Notes under the pieces: model-generated
Database searches by the model: none
What the model was told of the DNA's origin: nothing
What the model saw: the letters and a program-made list of their open reading frames with translations, nothing else
Program-made: the position numbers and the translations under genes
Part shown: piece after piece, positions 39,980 through 51,700 of the stretch
Layout of the letters: each line of letters starts with the position of its first letter
Position numbering within the stretch: the stretch's first letter is position 1
Assembly (NCBI RefSeq): GCF_001194135.2
Contig: NC_069004.1
Location: 32,505,264-32,569,263 of the forward strand
Direction of reading: 5' to 3'
From: Octopus bimaculoides
Taxonomy: Eukaryota
DNA length: 64,000 nt

Positions 39980-40196
39980 CAGTAATCCCTCGGCATATTG
40001 CAGTTTATTATTTAAGCTTACATCGATTCCTCCATGGTGTTGTTTTGCATTTATCATAAAATAAATATATACAAATTATAAGAATAATAAAAAAATATAT
40101 ATATACAATACACTACAGTACTGTTTCTACTTCACAGATTTTCACCTATCACAGGGGTTTGGGAATGTAACACCCATAATAGTTGAGGGATTACTG
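39980..40196. mobile_element. Tigger/pogo-type MITE
   Basis: TIRs CAGTAATCCCTC / GAGGGATTACTG followed by TA; partial copy about 39570-39720 and diverged copy about 58667-58877. Confidence 0.85.
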
Positions 40197-41018
40197 TATA
40201 CTAAAAAGTAAAGCCAGTTGCTACATCAGTCTCTTTTTGAGATTTTACAACTAGCCATTTTGCTTGTTGCAAATCATTGACTGATGGTCGTGACTGAGGA
40301 TGAGCCAAATAGCTTGAAACTGAGTCAGCCTTGTGATCCTGTTTCCTACTAGAGGGTCATAGGGATTTGCTCCCCCCTACTAACAATGTATACAAAGGGT
40401 GCATCGTCTTACCGGTAACCAGCTGGCGGAAAATCTGCCTGGGGTTAAAACTAGTAGTAACCTGGAACAGCCACTTTGATGTGGCGACTGACTTTACAAT
40501 TAAAAATGTGTGGCGTAGATCAAGGTTTATATATTTCACAGTTGTACTTGTCTGGTAAATGATATGAGATTACTAGCTGGGACTAAGATTGTGGTCAGTA
40601 GCATCATTTCAAACCAGAACTGTATTCCCTTTTTGTGATGGTGTTATGTCTATGCATACTTTAAAGTGTCAAAACAAACTGTCATTGACCGGATAAATGT
40701 TGTACAATAATGTTTGTGGAAACCTTATGGCAGATTCCACTGTCATAAATAAATAAATAAACTAAATAGAACAGGATGTATATGTATGTGTAAGGAGTTA
40801 CGACGCAAAAACGTATATATTCAAATGAACATATTTATCTTCTTCAATATATATTTCAGTATAAAGAATTCATTAAGAGACTTAATAAATCAAAATTTCT
40901 TTACACATCTTCAGGAATAAATATAACATCAGAACTGTCGTTTTTTTCTGCTATTTTGGTGATGATTTTTTGAATTAGCTTACCAATTATTTTTGTTGGT
41001 AGTTAATTTATAATATAT

Positions 41019-41055
<37 letters not shown>

Positions 41056-42540
41056 TTTAAATGACTGTTATAGTATTTTCGCAGTCTAAGACATAGCATG
41101 GCTGTGTAAAGAAATTTGCTTCCTAACCACATGGTTTTGAGATGCTCTTCCATTGTGTGACACCTTGGGTAAGTGTCTTCTGCTGTAACCCCAGGATGAC
41201 CAAAGCCTTGTGTGCAGATTTAGTTGATAGAAACTGAAGGAAGTCCAACGTGTGTATGTGTCCGACCTTGTCTTGATATCGTTTGCCAGTTGTAAATGAG
41301 TTTATCTGTCATACAAGCAGTGTCATTCATTTCTAATATTCTGTGAAAATTGCTTGACCATGGGGAAATATCATCGTGGTTTGAAACAGGCCAGGGGTTG
41401 GTGGCAGGAAGGAAATTTGTAAAATGGTGAAACTTGAAAAGGGAAACAAAAAACGAAATTTTGTCATAAAATTTTTTAATATAAGAAATTTTTTACTTGT
41501 TTCAGTCATTAGGTTGTGGCCATGCTGGGGCACTGATTTGAAGGGGTTTTGTCGAACACATTGGCTTTAAAACATGTTGTTTTATCCTAGTACTTATTCT
41601 GTCAGTTTCTTTTACCAAAACTGCCAAGTTATGGGATGTAAACAAACCAACACTTGTTGTCAGTTGGTAGGCAGGAGCATGTATACAAACACACAGACAG
41701 ACACACGAAGGGCTTCCATACTGTTTCCATCTATGAAATTGACTCACATGGCATTGGTTGGCCCAGGATTATAATAGAATACACTTGGCCAAGGTGCCAC
41801 GCAGTGGGACTGAAACTACACCACGTGGTTGCAAAGCTAAAAAAAAAAAAACAACAGTGAATAGTGATGTATCAGTGAAACGTAAGAAACATGGTCAGCT
41901 TGTAAACATAGTAAAATGAGGGAAACACTTTGATTTGCACCTCTCCTTTCCTTGTCAACTGTGTGAAACAATACTACTCTCATTTCTATATTAATATAAT
42001 TGTTTTAAAGATGTTGTCATGACAACGAAAGACAGTATAAGTTAGACTGGCAGGCAGAAGTGACAAAGAAGCGAATGTAAGTTCAAAGATGGAGACAGAG
42101 AAAAGGGAGGCGATAATCACAATGAATGAAAGTGACGGGGAGAGGGGGTTGAGGTAGAGAGAGAGAGTGGGAGGTTGTGGTGGTGAAGGTGAACAAAGAT
42201 GTTCAAAATGGACAGCAAAAAAATATCTTTATTAAAATTCATTGAAAATGGAAATTTTCTTAAATCTTCATTATTATTATTATTTTAGACTTTATTTTAA
42301 AAGGTTGTTCAGAAATTTTGTCAGTTATATAAATATACTCCATTACAATGATTATATGGGTTTCTTTTCTAAAAATATCAATTGACTGATCTTATTGAAG
42401 TTGTCTCCCTTGTAGTAAATTTTAAATACTCCTACAAGATTAAAGCTGGAGGGAAAAAGAGAGAAAGTCGAGCAAGGAAGTTGCTGGCTTTGAGCAAAGA
42501 TGTTCAAAATTTTAAAATGTTTTTATTAGGACTTGTAAAT

Positions 42541-43241
42541 CATCATCATCATCATCATCATCATCGTTTAACGTCCGCTTTCCATGCTAGCATGGGTTGG
42601 ACGATTTGACTGAGGACTGGTGAAACCGGATGGCAACACCAGGCTCCAGTCTGATTTGGCAGAGTTTCTACAGCTGGATGCCCTTCCTAACGCCAACCAC
42701 TCAGAGAGTGTAGTGGGTGCTTTTACGTGTCACCCGCACGAAAACGGCCACGCTCGAAATGGTGTCTTTTATGTGCCNNNNNNNNNNNNNNNNNNNNNNN
42801 NNNNNNNNNNNNNNNNNNNNNNNNNNNNNNNNNNNNNNNNNNNNNNNNNNNNNNNNNNNNNNNNNNNNNNNNNNNNNNNNNNNNNNNNNNNNNNNNNNNN
42901 NNNNNNNNTCTCACGCACAGCCCATTTCCAAAGGTCTCGGTCCGTAGTCATCGCCTCGGTGAGGCCCAATGTACGAAGGTCTTGCCTCACCACCTCAGCC
43001 CAGGTCTTCCTGGGCCTACCTCTTCCACGGGTTCCCTCAACTGTTAGGGTGTGGCACTTTTTCACGCAGCTATCCTCCTCCATTCTCACCACATGTCCAT
43101 ACCAGCGCAATCGTCTCTCTTGCACGCCACAACTGATGCTTCTAATGTTCAGCTTTTCTCTCAAGATACTTACACTCTGACGGGTATTCACATTGACATT
43201 ACACATCCAACGGAGCATACTGGCTTCATTCCTTGCGAGCT
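42541..43241 (-). mobile_element. 5'-truncated young RTE LINE (ORF C-terminus, 3' UTR, (GAT)n tail)
   Basis: Uninterrupted MLRWMC...ERRLRWYGHVVRM...GTRGRGRPRKTWAEVV..DL...DRDLWK frame; tail at 42541-42564; gap inside. Confidence 0.93.
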
Positions 43242-44121
43242 TACGTATGTCAATGGAATTTTTCTGTGATTTTATTATTTTAAATTCATCTAATAAAGGG
43301 TTCAGAAATTTTGTTACACATGCATAGAATTGCTTTCAAACTTTTCACACAAGACTAGCAGTTTTGGGGTAGGAGCTAGGTCGATTAAATCACCCCTAGT
43401 GCTCAACTGGTACTTATTTTATTGACCCCTAAAGGATGAAAGGCCAAGGTGGCCTCAGTGGAATTTGAAACTCAGATTGTAAAACTAGATAAAGTGCTGC
43501 AAAGCATTTTGCCCAGCGCACCACCTTACGTAAAATTACAATGATTACATATAAGGTTCTTTTTTACCAAAAATTTCAATCAACTGATCTTTTTGAAGTT
43601 ATTTCCTTTGCTTGTTTTAGGTTTTGAATATTTCTACTGGGAATTTTTGTCTACTGATAGTTTGGATAATCCCAGGTGATCAATATTATTTCAACTCAGT
43701 ATGACACCTGTGTGACCCTGTCGTATTTGTATACAGGTGCAGGCATGGCTGTGTGGTTATGAAGCTTGCTTTGCAACCATGCTGTTTCAGGTTCAGTCCC
43801 ACAGCACAGTCCATAGAGCAAGTGTTTTCTACTGTAGCCCCTGACTGACTCATGCCTTGTGAAATGGAAATTGTGGTAGATAGAAACTGTGTTGAAGCCC
43901 ACCATATATATGAGTGTGTGCGTATGTGTGTGTGTCCCAGTTTGAAAACTGATGTTGGCATGTTTACATTCCTGTAACTTAGCAGTTTGGTTAAAGAGAC
44001 TGATATAAGTTACCAAATTTGAGGAAACAAATGCTGATGTCAATTTGTTTGAATAAGCCCTTTAAGGTAGTACCCCAGCATGGCTGCAGTCCGTTGATTG
44101 AAGTAAGAGATGAAAGATATA

Positions 44122-44513
44122 GGCGCAGGCGTGGCTGTGTGGTAAGAAGCTTGCTTCCCAACCACATGGTTCCGGGTTCGGTCCTACTGTGTGGTATCTT
44201 GAATAGGTGTCTTCTAGCATAACCTCGGGCTGACCAAGGCCTTTGTGAGTGGATTTGGTAGATAGAAACTGAAAGAAGCCCATCGTATACGTATATGTAT
44301 GTGTGTCTTTGTGTCTGTGCTCCCCCCCACCACCGCCATCACCGCTTGACAACTGGTGTTGGTGTGTTTATGTCCCTGTAACTTAGTGGTTCGACAAAGA
44401 AATCGATAGAAGTAGGAGGCTTGAAAAAAAGAAAAAGGACTGGGGTTGATACATTCGACTATAAATTCTTCAAGGCGATGCCCCAGCATGGCCGCAGTCT
44501 AATGACCGAAACA
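44122..44513 (+). mobile_element. SINE family A, in tandem with an older copy at about 43740-44110
   Basis: Homologous to 14808-15258. Confidence 0.9.
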
Positions 44514-44635
44514 ACACTCCTGCGTGGGAGCGGGGGTGGGGTGGGGTGGCAGGTACTTCAGCCATATTGTCTATTAAGAAACGTTGACATCTGTCTCTGC
44601 TGTTGTTACTTGTTCAACGGTGTTTTCCTACCTGG

Positions 44636-45790
44636 TCGCTCGACCTGCTAGAAATAGCCGCCAAATCTCACTAAAATTAACACCGTTAAATAAGGAAAGG
44701 ATACATCAGATAATGCAGTCCTGTGCCCTTATACCCCTTAAAAAATGAGGTGGTCACGTTTAATCGATCATGTCTGCCTCCTCGATTAGGGTTCACTCGC
44801 CGTCAATCGATCATAATTCAGCGGTGGATGCTGCCTGATAACAGCAACTATATTGATAAGACGGCAGTGAAGGGGTGGCTTCCACCTGGTTTCTTGCTCC
44901 GTTAGAAATAGCAGCCAAATCTCTCTCAGCTCACCACCATCATCTTTAAAAAAAAATGTATCGTGGTCCTAGATACTCGCCAAAAACGACGAGATGGTCG
45001 TGGCTGGAATGCCTTTGATCCCGTGTCTTTTCGATCAGAGGTAGATATTAATAATAAACGCAGAGCCGCAGCAGAAACACCAGCAGCAGGGTAGCAGCAT
45101 TGCTGCAGTAGTAGAACCATGGGCAGTAGAAGCTGAGTTGAACAGCAGTAGCAGCATCAACTGCTGTAATATTATAGCAGTAGAAGCTAACAACCAACCC
45201 CACCACCACCACCACCACCATACAAATAACAGCCAAATTTCTGAGCCAATGAGTCAGTCTTCTGTGCGATAGTTCGACCGGCTAGAAACAATAGCCAAAT
45301 ACACCCCCCCCCCTGCAACTTCCCGTACTAGCGAGTCCAGATTCTCACTCGGTGGTTCGACTGGCTAGAAACAATAGCCAAATATCACTGCATCTCCTTC
45401 CCTAATAACCGCGCACCGACCGCTTAGAAACAGCAGCCAAATTTTCCCGCGCTATGACAAGCAAGCCCTCACGCGCTCGTCCAACCTGCTAGAAATAGCA
45501 CCAACTTTCCTTCAAAATCCATCGTACCGTCCATTGACAAAAATGTAGTCCTAAATGAATTGTAGTAGTAGTAGTAGTAGTAGTAATAATAATAATAATT
45601 TGTTTTATTAGCCACAGGGGTCGATACTTTTATTTGCTACTAGGGCCATGAATGAGAGGGACGGATACAAAGACAAGATTAAAGTGTTGGGGTTTCAATG
45701 ATTAAAACAAGAATGATGTGATGGTCGCGACTAGAGTGTACGTTTCGCTTCCATGGGTCTTACTCGATCAGGTTGACCTGGGGCTCAACA
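44636..45790 (+). repeat. Cluster of fragments of dispersed family D (gctagaaatagcagccaaatct...gacctggggctaaacaac)
   Basis: Core motif at 44647, 44903, 45221, 45283, 45366, 45425 and 45490; also near 16955, 17469 and 46860-46985, and reversed at about 3250-3480. Confidence 0.75.
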
Positions 45791-46129
45791 ACAACAGCAG
45801 CAGCAGTGTTTGTTGTTGAAGATGTAATGACGGCCACAAAATCTGCTGGAGTTTCTTTCTGAAGTCCTTTTAATATTCTTGATGACGCTGATGGCTGCGA
45901 TTGTTATTATTACGCTTATGAATTTATTGTATATATAATGCCACATTGGAAGTTATAAGAGCGGACCTACCTCGACTATCTTTATTTACACGCCGGATAT
46001 TTAGTATATACACACACATACACGCATATTTGTATGCATAGCATAGATATATATATACACAGCCGAACACATACACACCCACCCACGTTATTGCAACTTA
46101 TATTTCAATTTAACAATACTTCGTTTTTG

Positions 46130-46194
<65 letters not shown>

Positions 46195-47315
46195 TTAAAG
46201 TAATTTATTGTGCTAAGTCAAACAAAAAATTTTAACCACTATAAAATCGTTGTTATTTATTTCAGGCCAACATTGTACTCGCTATAACTTTGTGTATATA
46301 AGCCTGTCTATGTGTTTTTTTTTTCTTCTGATTAATTGCATGTGAAATGAGGAACAATAATTCCTAATTATCACGACGCATAACTAAACAATATATACAT
46401 TTAAAAAAAATAATAATTTAGTTTAATTCATTATTTAAAAATAATCTCGTCACTTGGCCATATATTTAGGTAGGAAACTGCCTAAACAAGCTGCAACAAC
46501 AACAATAATCTATACTCGGTGCTTATTTTATTCTGCTGTTAGTTTTGCTTTTAATTACATATATTTAAATATTTATTAATTATTTATTAGTTCTAAATCA
46601 AAACCGATCACTGATCGGTTTGTCACATCGACCATCTGTTTACTCCCCCACCCTCGTACGCCTTCTGCACGCTCGAAAGAGAGCAAGCTGTCAAAATATT
46701 ATAAACCCCTCCCACAGTTTTGCTCTCTCTCTCTCTCTCTCTCTCTCCACATAAGTACGCACACACGCACGCAACCTCGCGTCCCTTCTATCATTTGACA
46801 GTCTATCATTGACAGACTACACACAGAGACCAGCTATTTACACCCTCCATGACAAACATTGGATAACATTAATTCTGGATGCACTATGTTCGGAATGTTA
46901 GACGGGACGGTCACGTCTAGAATGTCTCTTTGATCGGTGAAGTCTGCTGAATCCCGGCTGCTGACCTAGGGCTAAATACCAAACAAACAACTGGTACTGC
47001 CGAAAGTCTCTCTCCACCACGCCAACATTACTGGAAAAAAAACAACTACAAAAAAAAAAAAAGAACATCCCTGGTTCCTCTACCTGTCATGTTTGGAAAT
47101 CCCTTCACGAGAACCAACTATCCTCTCGTTCACACCTTTTTTTCCCTTTTTTGTCATTGTTGAATATTGACGACTGGTGTTCAAATTCCACGAGTACTTA
47201 ACTATATTTCAGTTATGAATCTAGCTTTGTTATAGAGAAATTCTTTAAATTGAAAAACCAATAACGGAATGTCTTTCTAATTCTTCATGTTCCAATCCAT
47301 GTGATATTTCAGCGG

Positions 47316-47349
<34 letters not shown>

Positions 47350-47488
47350 TCCTTTCTTTTAATGCTTTAGAAATAAGTCTGTTTGTTACTTAGTCCGACA
47401 CCTCGGAGCTTTCCATCCCTCGTGGCATCCAAACTTATTGACGCCCACAAACTCTCTTGAATATTTTACTGTACACATACGCGCAAAA

Positions 47489-47519
<31 letters not shown>

Positions 47520-47895
47520 CTTATATGTATACACACATATACACGCACAAACACAAATACACATTCACACATACACACATACATAGATGCACACAGGCAC
47601 TCACACGAACACGTGCATACACCCTCGTTCTTTAATTAAACTAGAAAAAAGAAAGGGGAAAAAAAATCTACCAGCTACTTATTAACACAAATTACAACTA
47701 CTACTACTACTACCAATACTACAACTACTATAATAACTACACTACAGTTATAAAAGCAACAATCTAGTTTACCATATTGTCTCATTAGGATCAGTCCTCC
47801 TGTCTTGTGGTGGAGACCAAGAAGGATTGAGTGTCATTGGCAGTCGTCATACAACTCGTCTCCCTCAAGCTTCATTTAATTTAGTTAATTCACTT

Positions 47896-47930
<35 letters not shown>

Positions 47931-48089
47931 CACACACCTCCATATATACATTGATAGTGTTGTTGGAAAAAATTTAGGGAAAAAAAAAACAAATTTTAAA
48001 AATCTGTTCATTCATTCTTAATGTTTGTAGTGTCCCCATAAAAATTTCTTAGGTCCTTATGGCCTACAAAAGAAATAATTGATTAATCA

Positions 48090-48137
<48 letters not shown>

Positions 48138-49304
48138 TATTATTATTATGTAGCCATTCCTCCCTTGTGACGAATATAACAAAAAAAAAAAAAGGAAGAA
48201 CTAATTTTATTATTGTAGCCATTATAATTATTAGTTTTATCATTTAATTTTGGATATTATTGTTATTAACATTATTAATGTTAACGCTGCCACATCATAA
48301 AAAAAGGTGGGATTTAGCTTAACATTTGTACCATATTCTTGCCAATCACTTCCATTAACAACTCTTTCTCAACTCCCTTTAATTACAGTTGGCCCTTAAA
48401 GGGTTAAAAACAAAGGTCCTACTGAGATCTCTTTTCATACATTTCATTTCTACCTGCATCTAGAATATACAGCATATATTCAGTGATAGGTCCCAGTCAC
48501 CCTTATGGAAGGGTAACATATATATATTCACGTTGTTTTTATTATCCACACACATACATATATACACGCAATTCCAAGTTCGGAAAAGTTTAAAGCCCAC
48601 ATACAAGCTGTTGTGGGTCTGTCTGTTGTGTATCTTTAAATCTGGTCCATTGTCACTGTAGCGCTCACTCCTCTCACCCCCACCACCCTATACACTAACA
48701 TATGTACATTTGTGCATACAAAATGTATGAATAGAATACAGGTCTTTTTTCCCCCTATACACACACTCATATTAAGTATAAATTATTCTAGCTGAATTCC
48801 GTACACCTGCATATGAGCATATGCATACATATATTAACAGATACAAGTAAAACTCACACACAAACACATCGACATAAAATGCATACATTTTCACTGTCAT
48901 AATATAAAACATAACACTAATGCATCTAAATACACATGTATAACACATATCAACATATGTGCACACGCACATTAAACACACCTATGCGCATATATACACA
49001 CATGTATAAGTTGTTCGCAACTCGTGTAAAATATATGCAGCCAGTCCAAATAGACCCACACGTTGCATTTTCCAAGAATCAATATAATACTAATTGAATA
49101 GCTGTAAATTGCATGGAAATTCTCTCAAAATGGTTATCTAAGTGTGGTGTGTAACAGACGGAATTGTTATTTAATTAGCCTGTGTTCATTGGAGTACCGT
49201 TACAGATGGCTAATCTTGTGCGCTCAGCCGCGTTCAAGTTACGGAATATTCACACCAAGTAAGTTTTTACGGTTTCCTTTATTTTTTTTTTGCTACTACT
49301 ACTG

Positions 49305-49339
<35 letters not shown>

Positions 49340-51700
49340 GGCGGTGAGTTGGCAGAGTCTTTAGCACACCAGGCAAAATGCTTAGTTGCATTTCGTCTGT
49401 CTTTAGGTTCTGGGTTCAAATTCTGCTGAGGTCGACTTTGCTTTTCATTCTTTCTGAGTCAATAAATTAAGGACAAGTGAAACACTGAGTAGTTCTCTCA
49501 CCACAAATTTTAGGCCTTATGCTTTTAGTAGAAAAGATTATTATTATTATTATTATTATTATTGTCAGGGCAGCAAGCTGGCAGAATCATTAGCAAGATA
49601 GACTACGTTCTCAGTTTAAATTCCGCTGAGGTCGACTTTGCCTTTCCTCCATTTGGGGTCGATAAATTAAGTACCAGTGAAACACTGGGAGTCGATGTAA
49701 TCAACTAATCCCCTCACAAAAAATTTCAAGCCTTGTTCCTTTAGTAAAAAGGATTATCATCATTATTATTATTGTTGTTGTTGTTTTTCTGGAGGGTCAT
49801 GGAGGGTCAATGTAAGTGACTGATCACCTCCTCCCAAAATACTGGCGCTGTGCCTAAATCAGAAACCATTTTAGCAGCATTCTTTTTGGCTCTTTATGTT
49901 CTGGGTTCAAATCCACCAAGGTCAACTTTGCCTTTCATCCTCTTGTGGTCAGTAAAATAAAGTATCAGTTAAGTACTGGAATTGATGTAATCGACTTGCT
50001 CCCTCCCATCAGAATTGCTGGCCTTGTGCCAAAATTTAGAAAGAATTATTAAAGTGGCAAGCTGGTGGAATCATTAGTGTGTTGGACAAAATGCTTAATG
50101 GCATTTCTTTTAACTTTTCATGTTCTGAGTTCAAATCCCACCGAAGTTGACTTTGCCTTCAATCCTTTTACGGTTGATAAAATAAGCGCCAGTTGAAGTC
50201 TGGAGTTGATGTAATCAACCTAGCCCTCGTTTCAAAGTCTCATAATTAGAAATAATTATTGTTGTTGTTGTTGTTGTTATCATCATCCTTTTGGCTGTCT
50301 GTGGAAACTAAGCCATCAATATTTTCCTTGCCGAGTCCTCTTGTCCTATGTAATCTTTTCCAGCAACTTGCTGTTCTATCTTGTGATATGACTCTTGGTT
50401 TTGTAGCTCCTCTAGAAATTAAGGCATTCTGTGTTTTAATTAGGCAGCTTGAGTACTACTGTGTAAGGGGCATCATTATCATCTTGCTCTGAGCCCAGAA
50501 AGCACTCCATTCTCCTTAGAAGGACCTTAATTAGAGGTTATTCTCAGTTTAAAGAGCAATCTTCTTTGTTATGAGACTGGCCTGTTTTGTTTTTAATTGA
50601 CATTGTTTTAGCAAATATTTTCATGTAGCAGGACTGATGCACAACCTGCAAACTCAGGTATTGCTATTATTATTACTATCATTATTATTATGGATTGGCA
50701 GGGTCCATATAGCACCAGATGGTTTACTGTATTCAGTTAATGCCCTTTATGTTCTGAGTTCAAATACTACCAAGGTCACCTTTGCCTTTCATTCTTCCAG
50801 GGTTGATAAAATAGTTACTTGTCAAGTACTATAGACACTTTACTCAACAGTCTATACTTCTGTCCCCTAAAGTTTCTAGCCTTATATCTATTTATGAAAT
50901 GGTCATATTTTACCTTTTTGTCTTTCAAAATTGCTGGCCTTGTGCCTAAATTAGAAACCATTATTATTATTATTATTATTATTTGTCTTTCTCCCAGAGT
51001 TGATAAAATAGTACCAGTCATATATAGAGGCTGGTTTAATCAGCTGCTAACTTCTTCATTTGTGCTCATGTACCTACATTAGAAACCATTTTTATTACAC
51101 TGTTCTGGTGAGTTGGCAGGAATCAGACAAAGTGCCTTTCGGTATTTTGTTATAGTACCATGACATTATGAGTTCAAATCCTGCCAAGGCTAACTTTACC
51201 TTTCACCCTTCCTGGGTTGGTAAAAAAGAAGTAGCATCAAGTATTAGGGTTGATTCCATTGACTTAGCCCTTCTGTCACATTTGTATCCCTGTGCCTTTG
51301 TTAGACCACACTGGACAAAATGCTTAGCAACATTTCTTTTGACTCTCTACATTCTAAGTTCAAACCCTCTGAGGTCAGCTTTGCCATTCATCATTTTGAG
51401 GTTGATTAACCCTTTTGTTACCATATTTATTTTGAGATGCTGTGTTTCTTTCAATTAATTTTAAATATAACAAAGAATTTAGTAAAATAACTTAGTTATC
51501 ATTCAGCTAGTGTTAGGAACATAAATTGTGATTAAGGTTTGGTGGAAGATTTTAATTCAAAACTTATGAAGACAAGACTTTTGTAATACAGAGCCAGAGG
51601 CAGTTTCTGGCTGGGTTGGTATCATAAGGGTTAAAAGTACCAGGGTTAAATGAAGTACAACAAAGTACCATTAAGATTGGTGGTAGCAACTGGCCTTGTA
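49340..51700 (+). mobile_element. Head-to-tail cluster of about 8-9 family B SINE copies or fragments
   Basis: Repeated ctggcagaatc / gttcaaat / gtcaactttgcctttcat modules separated by (ATT)n runs, all on the + strand. Confidence 0.85.
51410..51630. mobile_element. piggyBac-type MITE nested in a SINE
   Basis: TTAA at 51406-51409 and 51631-51634; the SINE reads through as gttgat-taa-aagtacc when the insert is removed. Confidence 0.85.

Noticed and set aside
42606-42640. Hammerhead in the RTE tail (CTGAGGA...GAAAC)
   Set aside because: No stem II or stem I can form
42769-43218. Host protein-coding gene
   Set aside because: It is the C-terminus of an RTE LINE ORF followed by its 3' UTR and (GAT)n tail
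45221-45510. CRISPR array
   Set aside because: Eukaryotic context, no cas genes, repeats are degenerate and derive from a dispersed repeat family; kept only as a repeat-spacer-like finding
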